From contig LVLI01000287.1 in NCBI GenBank assembly GCA_001687465.1, forward strand, positions 1 to 47,063: a DNA stretch of 47,063 bases, read 5' to 3'. Positions 33,015 to 44,423 of the stretch are shown piece after piece. The DNA comes from Halocafeteria seosinensis. Lineage: Eukaryota. Made by a program: the position numbers and the translations under genes. Each line of letters begins with the position of its first letter. The stretch's first letter is position 1. The notes below the pieces were generated by a model that saw only the letters and a list, made by a program, of their open reading frames with translations, had not been told where the DNA came from and did no database searches.

Positions 33015-35324
33015 ATGTATAAAATCCACAAAAACTTCAAGGCGCAGCCTTGCATTGGCTTCATCCAAGGTGCTATAAGAGCCCCAGGAGCCATAACGAC
33101 CATTCCCAGAGTGTTCGGTAAGGGTGCCTTGGCCACGCCCCACAAAGTGTTTTACCGTAGGTCGGCACCCGTGGAAGCAGCCTCATCAGCGTTTGGCCGC
33201 CGCAAACCGCGAACTTCCTCCTCCTCGGATAGTGGTACGTCGGCCTTCTTATGTACAGAGTGTGGCTTTACATCCCCAAAAGTGAGTCCTTTGTACACTG
33301 AACACCGCTTCAAGTGAGGCGCGCATTCTTAAACTGTTATTCCGCAGTGGTACGGACAATGCCCTTCTTGTAAAGAATGGGACTCGTTCAAGTTGCATAC
33401 GATTCCAAAAGAGAAGAAGAATAAGGGAAGCAGTGTGCGAAGACCTGACCAAGAAACCGCAGCTCGATTGAGTGGAACTGGAAAATCATTGGTGCAAGAG
33501 AACACAGGATTGCAGTCTATTCAATCGGTGTCGAAAAGGACGAGGGCACAGCGTCGCCAGTTATTCGCACCAGAAATTGTAAGAAGTTAAACACCAGGTC
33601 GTGAGATTGTTGCTGACTAAAAGTCTTCATGCAACACAGGATCGGGTCCTTGGAGGGGGATTAATGCCGGGAAGGTATGTTTATCCCACCGTGTATCTTC
33701 ATTTTCTCGTAACCTAATGCTAGCGTATGCATCCTTGCAGCGTTAATCTTGTCGCTGGAGCTCCCGGGATCGGCAAATCTACTTTGCTTATGCAATTAGC
33801 GGTAGCTTTATCTGGAGGCACTACATCCACCGGCCCGGAAAGCTTGGATGATCAGGACGATATTGTTGCTGCTGCTGCTCGAAACCGTCCATCCGACTAT
33901 GAAACGCGACCAGTTGTGTACATTTCTGGAGAGGAAAGCGTCGAGCAACTGAAAGACAGAGCAGATAGGCTAAACAATGTCGCACCGAATTTGTTTGTTC
34001 TTAACCAAACCAATGTTGATGATACACTAGCTGACATAACCGAAATGACTGGAGAAAGCGGTGGTCTTGGTGCTCTAATTGTGGATTCAATCCAGGCAAT
34101 GTATATGAATGATGTGCCTTCAGCTGCCGGTACCGTCAGTCAAGTAAGTAAATTGTTACCAAGTGGAGTGCTGAACCCTGCTTAGCACTACCAAAATTTT
34201 GCTACGCTGAAATGGATACAGGTCAGAGAGTGTGCATTACAATTCTTGCACTATTCCAAATCTACGGGCGTCCCCGTTTTCCTAGTTGGCCATGTGACCA
34301 AGTCTGGTGATATTGCTGGTCCCAAGATTCTAGAGCACATGGTTGACACAGTACTGTCTCTGGAAGGGGACTCGCATTACAACCATCGGATATTGAGAAG
34401 TGTAAAGAACAGGTCAGTGCTGCTTGTGTGACATCATCCATCGGTGAGTTTTCCACATGCACCCGGTCAAAGCAAGCATCCACTATTTCCAGGTTTGGAT
34501 CTACTTCCGAAATGGCGTTCTTGGACATGGCTGACAACGGCTTACGGGAAATTTCGAATCCCGGGGAACTCTTTCTTTCGTTTGATCCATCCAACTTGGA
34601 TTCCTTATGGGAAACACCTTCGGGAGCGGCTGTTACCTGCTCGTTGGAGGGAAGTAGACCACTCTGCGTTGAAATCCAGGTAGGCACAGTTGTTAGTGTA
34701 CATAAAGCAATAATGGCATAGCATAACGTTTCATAACTCCAGGCGCTGGCTACGCCTACCGTGTTTGAGTTCCCAAAGCATCGATCCTCTGGAATTGGAC
34801 TGGACCGTTTGCACATGCTTCTGGCTGTGCTTAGCAAGCATGCTCGCGTAAGACCTGGTAAATCCGATGTCTTCCTAAATGCGGTTGGGGGACTTCGCCT
34901 GGCTGATCCATCTAGTAAGGCTCCTTGTGAAGCTGCTACCTTGAACTACATCACACATCGTAATTCTGTCGGTTTGCAGTCGACCTGGCCGCTGCCATGG
35001 CAGTTGCCAGCAGTATTTCGCAGAGGCCGTTACCAATGGATACCGTCTTCATAGGTAGGTGGCAGTAGGCATGCCCATATGCGTTTGGAATAAATGTTGA
35101 CACATTGGTTGGCTCGGTTTTAACTACCAGGCGAAGTAGGGCTTGGCGGAGAACTACGCCCTGTGCCACAAATGGAGGCTCGGCTAAAGACTGTGCAGCA
35201 ACTTGGATTCCGCAAAGCAATCGTCGCTGAATCGAGAGCAAAACTACGATTACCTGACGTCAAGAGTCCCGAAATAATTCCAATGAAGAGTATTGCACAA
35301 ACTTTGAAATTTATGGGATACTAA
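33015..35324 (+). CDS. radA: DNA repair protein RadA/Sms, organelle-targeted, multi-exon
   Basis: C4 zinc finger FLCTECGFTSPK/WYGQCPSCKEW (intron 33282-33347), DRVLGGGLMPGS, Walker A GAPGIGKSTL, YISGEES, IVDSIQ, GHVTKSGDIAGPKILEHMVD, KNR/FG, LEGSRPLCVEIQ and Lon-like GEVGLGGELRPV. The basic N-terminal extension looks like a transit peptide. Confidence 0.95.
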
Positions 35325-35335
35325 TCAGCGGGACG

Positions 35336-38300
35336 TTAACATAGACGGGATCTTTGCAAATAGTTGCTGCTCAGTTGGGAGCAGAACTGATGGGATATGC
35401 CCTTCTCGACGCAACATTGTGCCCGCTTCAAAGCATCCAATTCTTCATTGAATTCGTTGGAAATCTCTTCTACAAATTCTTCATGTTTCCCTAGAAGTAT
35501 CATGACGGTCTCGCGACACTCCAAGTACGGAAATCCTGTGGTCAATGCAAGTGTAGGACGGTCCTTCCATCGAGCCGCGTAGTATTGAAGCCAGAATTCC
35601 AACAAGTTGCAAAAGCTCTGAAGCGTTTCTCTTTTATCCTCAACTTCTTCCGAAGGGGTGCCATGTTCTGAGTCTGTCCGATCCAAAGAGTTATACCATG
35701 CTTTCGTGAAAGGGACCGGAGGATATGCCGACGAGGCGTATGTCTGAAGCTGTTGCACAAACATAGGCAATTTGCCCTGCTTGTGAGCAATTATAAAATG
35801 CAGGATTGCAGTATTCAAGCAGCATATGTTTTCTTGGTTGATGCTCTCCACGTCGTGTATAACATCCATTACGTTCATCAACATAGGTACGGCCCAAAAA
35901 TGCAGAAACGAACATATTTCCGATTGGAACAATCGTTGCCCATTTGCTGGGGGTAAGCGAGACACGGCAGGTTCAAGTTGTTCCACATCAACAATGAACT
36001 CCCCACGTGCGTTGTAAGTCTGCGGTAATTCATGGGAAGTGCCAGCAATCGGAACAGTGAACGTCGTCCACTGAGGAAAGTCTTCAGCCTTCGCCGTGGG
36101 CTGAGCATTATATACTTCATGAGCCCATCTGCCATTGTTAGAAAACGTGTTCACCATGTCGCGAACCAACGGTATCCCTGTGCTCACCGAAAACAATTGA
36201 GGGGTTTCCGTGGATGTCGAGTCTTGCAATCTACACCAGTGCATTGTAAGCAGAATACTCCGCAGGAATACAGTCGAATCAACTGGACGTTGACACAGCG
36301 TCCTAAGAAACCGGTTGACTTCAACCTTCGACAGTTTATTCAAACCGATGTCGACGTCTTCCAGCGCACATGGGTTCATCTTTACAGTTTCTGCAAGCAA
36401 ATCGAACGCGCTTTGGAATGTTCTTAGTTCCAAATTTTTGTCGGGACTGCAAGAAGAGTGACCATGAGGACTCGAGTTATTCACGTCCCCACCTTGCTCT
36501 GTGTCAGGATCCAACGACCTTGAGTCGAGGAACTCGTCGAAGACGCTGAAACCAGATGAAACATATGCGCTGGCATCGCCATTTTCCAGATTCTCATTTT
36601 CGGACTTTCCGCGATGCCGGGAACGACGCCGCATATCCAAGTACTCTATTGATCGCATCAGATACTTAAGCAGTCCGTACCTTGCTGCCCACTTACGGAC
36701 GCTCACTGGGCTGTTACGGAGCAATGATTCGATACAAGAACTAAGCCAAAATCTGTAGGGACTCTTGAAAGAGCACCCAACAAGTAAACTAAGGGCTTGC
36801 GAAGCAACGCTTGCTTCAGCATCCAACCCACTTTGCCGGTATGAATCACAATCATAATGCAACAGTGCTTGAGCTATATTGTCACCGTTCGGGATATCCC
36901 TTTCTGATTTGCACAGATTCGCAAATTGACTCAACACTGTAATCGATTCAGACAGCTTGTCATCCGTTACATCATGACAGCTTAGATCTAAACCACAATC
37001 AGCACTCGTTACTAGGGGGCAGTATACAGAACGGAGAGGTTGGTTGACTGCTGGTTGGGGCATACTTCCCGGTGATTGACGAGGAAGGCCTTTGTCATAG
37101 GCCATATTCGCGACATCCAAGGAGTCTTTGTCTAAGGAAAGCGCTCCCGGACCTAAATTACTCTCTAATAACTCATCCAGGCTTTCTTCCCATAGTCCGG
37201 GCCGATTTGCAAAAAATGTTACTAGTGGGTTACTGCTGAGAGGAAGAACTCCGTGAGCTCCATATCCAACAGGCACCGACAAAGCTCTAGTCGTTCTTGG
37301 GGGAGCAGGGCCACCAGTATCAGTCAAGTCGCGAGTACTAAAACTGGCTTCTCCGTCGTATGCTTCCCGAGTGTCATGAGAGAGCTCCCATGGCCGCAGC
37401 AGAATTTCCAGGAACACTGCCAAAGCACTATCTACAGCCATCCTTTTCCCTCGCTCTGTTCTGATTGAGAGGGCCAAACTCTGGTCAAAACAGGGGCGGT
37501 TAAGATGCTGCGACATTGATTCGAGGAGCCTACTGGTCACGTTAGTCGAAAGCGAGCGAAACATCTGAGATGCACAATCCAGCAGTTTCGTATGCCATTC
37601 GGACACCTGGTGCTCTTCCATCTCAAAGAATGCTAATTCTTCAACACTGAAAGCGCGCCTTCGAGTTATCCACCTCTGCACAAACAATAAAAGAAAGGAC
37701 AATAAGTACATGTAGTCCACCTGTAAGGCCATCGTATAATGGGAGTATCCACGAGGTGCAGATGGTGAACACCATCTTGCAGATTAGAACTTTGCTATGG
37801 CACACTTCATGAACCTGTCCCTAGTGACAGTTCTAGAAGCAGGCCTTCGAGTGTGCCGCTACCGGTCGCAGCCAAAGCAGAACTTACCTCCAATGCAGTT
37901 CTTGATTCCCCTCGGTCCACAATGCTATGGAGTAACCGGAGAACTTGAATCTTATTGGAACTTTCCGGATCACATGTACAGCTGCAAACAAAGCCAGAAC
38001 GCAATGTAAGGATCCTAGTTACCCATAGCATGACTAACAACAAGCAAACAGCTTTGAAAATCCTCGTTCTATACGGCACATGGTAGACCGGAACAACGCA
38101 CAAAACAGCATTTCCCAGTACAAGAAAGTGCCGAGCCGATATATCTAGACCAAGAAACTTACCTCTCCCCGTGAAGTCGCGGAGGTTCCCAGTCAGCAGG
38201 CTTCTCTGTCCAGCTAAATGAGGTATGTTTTAGCAGCGTAGTTGTGGCTTGCATGATTCCATAGTCGGCCAAACAATCTTGGAGTGTTTTCCGATTGCGA

Positions 38301-41300
38301 GAGTTTAAAAGCCCACACAAGGTTACTATAACCTCTACCTGGTGAGCCGCTATAGCACTTTCGAGAACTTCATTCAAAATCCGGATAGCCTCTTTCACCC
38401 CGTACGGACCGTCGGGGCATAATCGTCGAAAAATATAAGACAGTGAAAAAGTGTGACTCCTATTTCTATCCTGAGACAAGGGGTCACCGCGAAGCTGCAC
38501 ACCTCGAAGACCCACCCTTCGCCTACCATCAGTCTCTTCATCCGATTCGTAGTCGGAGTCGAACGCACTCTCTTCCGCTGGAATTCGAGAAAACCGGTTT
38601 CTTCCAGAAGGGCTCTGTAAACCTTCATCCAATTTGACGAACGTGTCACCCTCTGTGTTGGCCTCTCTCATTTGCGAGCGGAAATGTAATCTTCTCAACC
38701 TTCTATCTATTTGATGTTCAAACCTATGTCGCGCATCTTCAGACTCATCGATAGCTCTACGCTCCGATCCTCTGGTAGAAGCAGAGATCGTGGTATTGCG
38801 TAGCATCGGCGCACAGTCTGAGACGGAGAAAATTGCCTTCTCGTCACAGGAAATCTCAGAGCCTTCGAAAGAGTCTAAAGAGTCTTCTTCACGTTTATCA
38901 GCTTGCTCGTATTGTTCTCGGTTGAAGAGCTGTTCCATCAGCAGCCAAGGTTGACATGAACCCAACAGCTCCCTAGAATTTCGGCGATGACTAAACGCGA
39001 AGGTGCTCAAGCTCTTTGCACTATGCAGAGAATGCGATGTCATCCCAAATGCACTACACAGACGGAAATTCCTTTCATTAACAAGTTCTGTGTAGTCTAT
39101 TGTGCCCGCTCCTACGGTAGCAAGTAAATGTCGCAATCGATATGCTTGATGCCATCCCTCGGACTCCGTTGCCGGGAGTTGTACTGTCTCCTTCAGGTCC
39201 ACTACTGGTCGTTGTTGCTCTCTTGAAGTATGCTTGGCATTGTCCTGTTCGGAGCAATCAATCAAGTTTACCCGTGTACGATGCAATCGTGAAGGAACGA
39301 AATAACCACATAAGTCCTTTACCGGAGCTAAACCGACAGCCTCCGCAACATCCGCAGTATTTTGAACGTTGTATTCAGTACCTACCAACGCTAGCAGCCT
39401 TCTTAGCGCTTTGTACTGGCCCGTTCTTCTCCAGTTTGTGTATCCCATAGGCCCTCGTCCTCGACTACCCGAAAGAAGCCCAGTTACCAGTAAGGACAAA
39501 CTCGTTCCCTTTGAGTCATTACAGCATACAACACGCAATATCTTGCGAATAACAGCGTCTCTATCAGAAGAATCTAATGCACAAAGTATGGATATACATA
39601 TGTTTAGCTCATGGATCCTGGCAGTGCGAACCAGGTCAGAAGAAGGACGAAAAAGCAGCTCTTCCTGGTCCTCAATGGGTCGTCCATAAGAAAGCGATTC
39701 GTAAAAGCACGAGGGTAACCCGCACATTTCACCAGGTGGTCTGGGGTGTTGCTTTGTGTGCTCCGATATGTTCCTGCGATTATTATAAGATAGAGGAGGG
39801 AATTCTTCGAAGATTCCGGGGACTAAAACATTTGCTTCTATTACTTTCCGATGGTCACGATCCGCCAGGGGCGCAGCACTAGCATGCGCTCCGGTTGGTC
39901 CAGGACGAATGAATGCCGGATGTCTGAATAGTCCAGCCAGATTAAGTGCACCCTCTTTTGAGCTACATTGAATAGGCTTGTGATACTCGGAGGCGACTTC
40001 CCATGAAGAAGAAACGTCGCTTGCCGCAATCTCTGCTGAACACCCGCTTATTTCTGCAACGATATTGAGTGCTTCGCGCTGAGAATCCGCGACGTCCCGA
40101 CCATCATCCGCCAGTTGTGTTACCATTGTATTGATCAATGCATGGAGATCATCGCCATACGAAGGAGTGAATTGGTCCAAGAACTGATCGATCATTGATG
40201 GCTCAGCGCTCTCTCCTTCCTCGCAGCCCGAGAACCTTGGCCGTAAGCGAAGCATTGATACTAGTCTGCTCAGCAGGTTTTCCTGCATCAGTAGCCCTCG
40301 CTGATTCTCTTGTATGATTCGTCGTATATATAATTCATCGTTTCCTCCTTTTTTCTTTCGATCTTCTTGATACCTGTCGCGTGTATTTGCTACGGGTGTT
40401 TTTTGGGTATTCTTACTGTCCTTAGACGACTTCCTTTTGCCACTAAGTCCAACGTAGCGTTCATTGTTTAATGCTTTCCAGGCGCATGGAGGTATGGCCC
40501 CTTTCTGCTCTTCGAGTTGCTCTCGTCTCCAACGATTAAGAACATCCAGTGCAGGTAGTGGATCTGTGAAATTCAACATGTTGATACAATGCTTGCAAAC
40601 CAATACCTGATACACGTGCCGAACAGAGGCCACCTACCGTCGATATCATGGACCTCAGGTTCAAATATCAACAGTGCCAGGACTCTACAAATCTTCGCCA
40701 AGCGCCTTGGCTCCAATGACTCGATAATTTGCCGAAACTCATCCAACTCCAAGAAACGAGGAACACCATGAGGTCCGCATGCAGCAACTGCTTCTTCCAA
40801 ACAAATAACAGCTGAGTCGAAGACGTCTGGGTACCTCAGGAAACTAACTATCAAAGACAGTATCTTATGATGGTACATCCATCGGTGATTAATTATTTTC
40901 CTCAAGAATGAGAGCTCCCTGAGCAAAGTAAGCAAATCTGTGACATAAAAAACATTGATTCAATCGGACCCCGCTATCCATCTACCGCACATATAAATCA
41001 CTACGCACCACTGGCCGTGCCACACAGCAATATCACCTTGTCCGGCTCAAGCTGTGTAACATTCTGTAGAATCCAATCGATCTTGTTCAACGATTCCAAT
41101 ATGAAGGCGGGACCTCTCAAGGAAGAAAAATGGGTGGTGAGGTTGTTGACGTCTTCGTCCGTCATTTTCTGGGCAAAAACTTTTTGAAGTGCCTGACCGA
41201 ATTAAGGGAAAACTCTTCATACTGTTATAAAGTAAACAGAATATGCGAATAGTGACTTACTAAAGCCGCTTTCCGTATTCCTTTCTGGATATTAAGGTCG

Positions 41301-41887
41301 GGAGACTTCACGAACTCCTCCAATACCCTCAGTGATGAAAAGCAGATGTTCACAACTTGTTCGATGCGTTCCAAAGATAACTTTTGTGGGAGAGGTGAAT
41401 CTTCTAGATCATCCATATCTTCCTCATCATCACCACCAGCATCCTCTTCTGTCGTAGCCGTATCTCCTGTCCGCTGCTCGGTCTCTTGTGTTGTATCGCC
41501 ACCTTGAGCACGTGCGGTGCGACGTTGACGGGTCTGTCTGCCACCGTTGTGTCTCCTTCGTTGACCCACACGCCGTCTTCTGCCAGTGTTCCCCGGTCGT
41601 TCTCTGGCTTCTTCCATCACTGTATCATATTGACGCTGTTGGGTACTATCAATGGCTTGTACAAGATGCTTGCGATGCCTTTCTCTGAACATCGGGCAAT
41701 TGGGGTCAGCGAATGACGCGTGCGGTGGCAATGCTGCAGGTGTCCGCGGAGGACACCCTCCACAGCACCTTTGATACCAGACTAAATTGACGACATTTAC
41801 CACTGGGGATATATTACGCGTAGTATCGCGCTGTGCCGTCGTAACTGGTGGTCTTGGGTGGCTGGAATTGCTTTCTCGAGAAGCCAT
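35336..41887 (-). CDS. TRPC4AP: TRPC4-associated protein (TRUSS, DUF3689) homologue with long insertions, multi-exon
   Basis: CSCTCDPESSNKIQVLRLLHS, YRFWLSSCIESLLR, FQSAFDLLAETVKMN, VDSTVFLRSILLT, INQENICCLNT and NLLEFWLQYY..RWKDRPTL match the conserved TRPC4AP blocks in order. Confidence 0.85.
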
Positions 41888-42633
41888 TTTTTTCCCTCTC
41901 TTATCGCCCCTGTAGCGTCCGATTCAGGGTCCTCAATTTCGTGGATGTCTCTTATAGAGAAATCTGTGGAAATTAAACAACCGTAAGTGTCGGTATAAAC
42001 GTGCATACAGCATTTGTTTCAAAAAAGCCATCCGGTGTTCCCACCCATCCACCCACACACACACACACAGAAACACGTTATTTGAGCAAATCCACAACAA
42101 TACGTACATAAATGGTACCACAATCTCCCATACAGAAATCGAGCCGTACCATCCCAATGGAGATATGAGCTTGCAAGGATGCATGCAGCTCGATAAACGA
42201 CCGAATTTGTCCCGGTTTGTACCTAGAAGAAATGTTTGACAGCTTACAAGTCCTTCAGGACGACTCCTTAGTCACTCCTAGCTGTAGGAAGTCTTCGTGA
42301 CACAAGTTGGTGTATCAGAATCTGATACTGTTGAGTTTGTGAAATTGTTTGTGGTTGAGTAATGTATTAGCCCACGGTAACTGAGTAGTTACTTACTGGC
42401 CACGCAGGCGTAAATTTGCTATCATCCCTGACACATGTGATACGGGCAAAATGCTCGATACACTCACTGGGAGTTATGGAAGGACTGGAGGGTTATCGTT
42501 AAACTGGTATTGTGGACGCGCTTTTCCCAAGTACTCAACAATCCAATTTGCTCCAATAGACGAGCAATTTTCACAACAGAAGAAAACTCCTAACATTTTC
42601 GCTGAGCATTGTGAACAACTCTTAGAAGCCAGC

Positions 42634-43917
42634 TTAAAAGCTCCCCAAGCTTAAGAAGCCGCCATGTCCTGGACACCACGTATAGCAGTTCGGCACTTGC
42701 TTATATTTCTCTATCCACATTGTATACGCAACACTGTCCAGCATAGTCATCATTTGGAAAGTCAAACGATCATGAGAAGAGTAAGCTTCAGGGTTCCACG
42801 ACCCATAGAATGGAGAATCCCCTTGAGCACATGACGGTACAATTTTGCGCACCTCCTCCTTTGTGAAACTCTTGTCCTTGGAAATAACTGTAAGAACGGT
42901 GGTAGCCTTTTTCATGGACGGATTCAATTGCACCCGCGTCTGCCAATCTGTAAAAACATTGCATCCTCTTATTGGAATAAAGCTGACGTGGTAACCTTCC
43001 CGAATCGCGGGTAGTATAAACTCGTACGTCACGCTGCTTGAGCTGGATGGGGCGTCACCAATGAAAATGACATGGCGAGGAAGTTTCTTTCGAAAGAGAC
43101 TTTCAAACTGGTCGCTACTACGAGGTGGCACCCAGCTAATAAAGATGGTGTCAGGAGTTCCGTCATAATCCTCGAAGAGACGGTTTTTCATGTCGTCGAT
43201 GCTATAAGGAACATCGGCTCCCATATTCCAGTTTACTCGAGTATCATCAACGCCTCTCCCATCTTGAGAGTGTTGGCTAGCGGAGTAAGGCGGATTGCTT
43301 GCGGTAAATCTCAGTTTCTTATACTTTTCACTGCCATAACGCGCACTGTATCGCCGTAAAGCTAAGGTGAAGAGACCCTGCCCGGCCCCCATTTCTTCGA
43401 CATCAGTTGCTCCAAGCGACAGGAGCACACGACACAATACTTGCATAACCTCTTGAGTAGGTAGTTCGTATACACCACACCCGATCTCACTCATTGCTAT
43501 CCTCCAGTAGACACGCTGGTATTTTGACATGAGCTCAGGCAGTGAAGTAGAACAAAGGTCATCCACAACTGCTTCCCAATTTTGTTCCCGAGCATTTGCC
43601 AACAAGGGATACTTCGCTTGCGTAACCTCTCGATCATTTAAATGCACGATAGGCACATCAATCTTCCCACTTTGGTACAAAGAATCGTATTCTTGTATGG
43701 ACCCCTTCAGACGGCTTAAAAAGTTACGGATCTTTCCAAGTGTCTCATGGCAACGCAGTTGGTAGAGCTCCAAAGGAATCCGTACACGGACGCTATCCAC
43801 GGCGGTCTCCTGATAGAGTGTCCCCTTGGGATTAATTCGAGCTGCAGTAGCAGCTTCTGCCTCGGTCAATCCGGCTTCACTAGCCACTGTGCTGGTGCTG
43901 TATTCAATTGTAGACAT
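42634..43917 (-). CDS. Uncharacterised class I SAM-dependent methyltransferase-fold protein
   Basis: YELPTQE...VEEMGAGQGLFT (motif I), DTIFISWVPP, HVIFIGD; single exon of 427 aa. Confidence 0.65.
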   Translation of the reverse strand: MSTIEYSTSTVASEAGLTEAEAATAARINPKGTLYQETAVDSVRVRIPLELYQLRCHETLGKIRNFLSRLKGSIQEYDSLYQSGKIDVPIVHLNDREVTQAKYPLLANAREQNWEAVVDDLCSTSLPELMSKYQRVYWRIAMSEIGCGVYELPTQEVMQVLCRVLLSLGATDVEEMGAGQGLFTLALRRYSARYGSEKYKKLRFTASNPPYSASQHSQDGRGVDDTRVNWNMGADVPYSIDDMKNRLFEDYDGTPDTIFISWVPPRSSDQFESLFRKKLPRHVIFIGDAPSSSSSVTYEFILPAIREGYHVSFIPIRGCNVFTDWQTRVQLNPSMKKATTVLTVISKDKSFTKEEVRKIVPSCAQGDSPFYGSWNPEAYSSHDRLTFQMMTMLDSVAYTMWIEKYKQVPNCYTWCPGHGGFLSLGSF

Positions 43918-44423
43918 TGCGAGTTCAACTCACGCGCCACACTACTGCACAGCACCCTTGCACACTGTTCCTCTATCTCCACTTCTACAAGCCGTGCCCA
44001 TCTGTGTAGAAAGTAGAATCCGCTCTCGCGTACTAGGACAAATCCGCTTTGGGCTCCCTGCTTAAAGCCACAATCGTTCTTTGCCGCAACTTGAAGTTGG
44101 AAGCTCTCTCTGGTTGGCTTCGATATAGTCACCAAACCCTGTGTGTAGTATAACCTTAATAGATGACAAAAAATAATTCTATCAATCGTTTGGGATGAAC
44201 CAACCCACTTGCATCTTATTTCTCTTGTAATTTCACTACCAGTGCCATCACAGTATCGGGGTTTCCGCACTGAAGTGTACTGTAGGTTGTACAATTGTAC
44301 CAAGCAATTATATAAGTGTTTCTTCCCCGCGGCGGTACAGAACAGGGTCAAGCACTGGAGCAATCACACATCCACCAGCTTCCTCGAGGTAAGGAAGAGC
44401 ACCAATAGCGCCGCTAATCGGGA

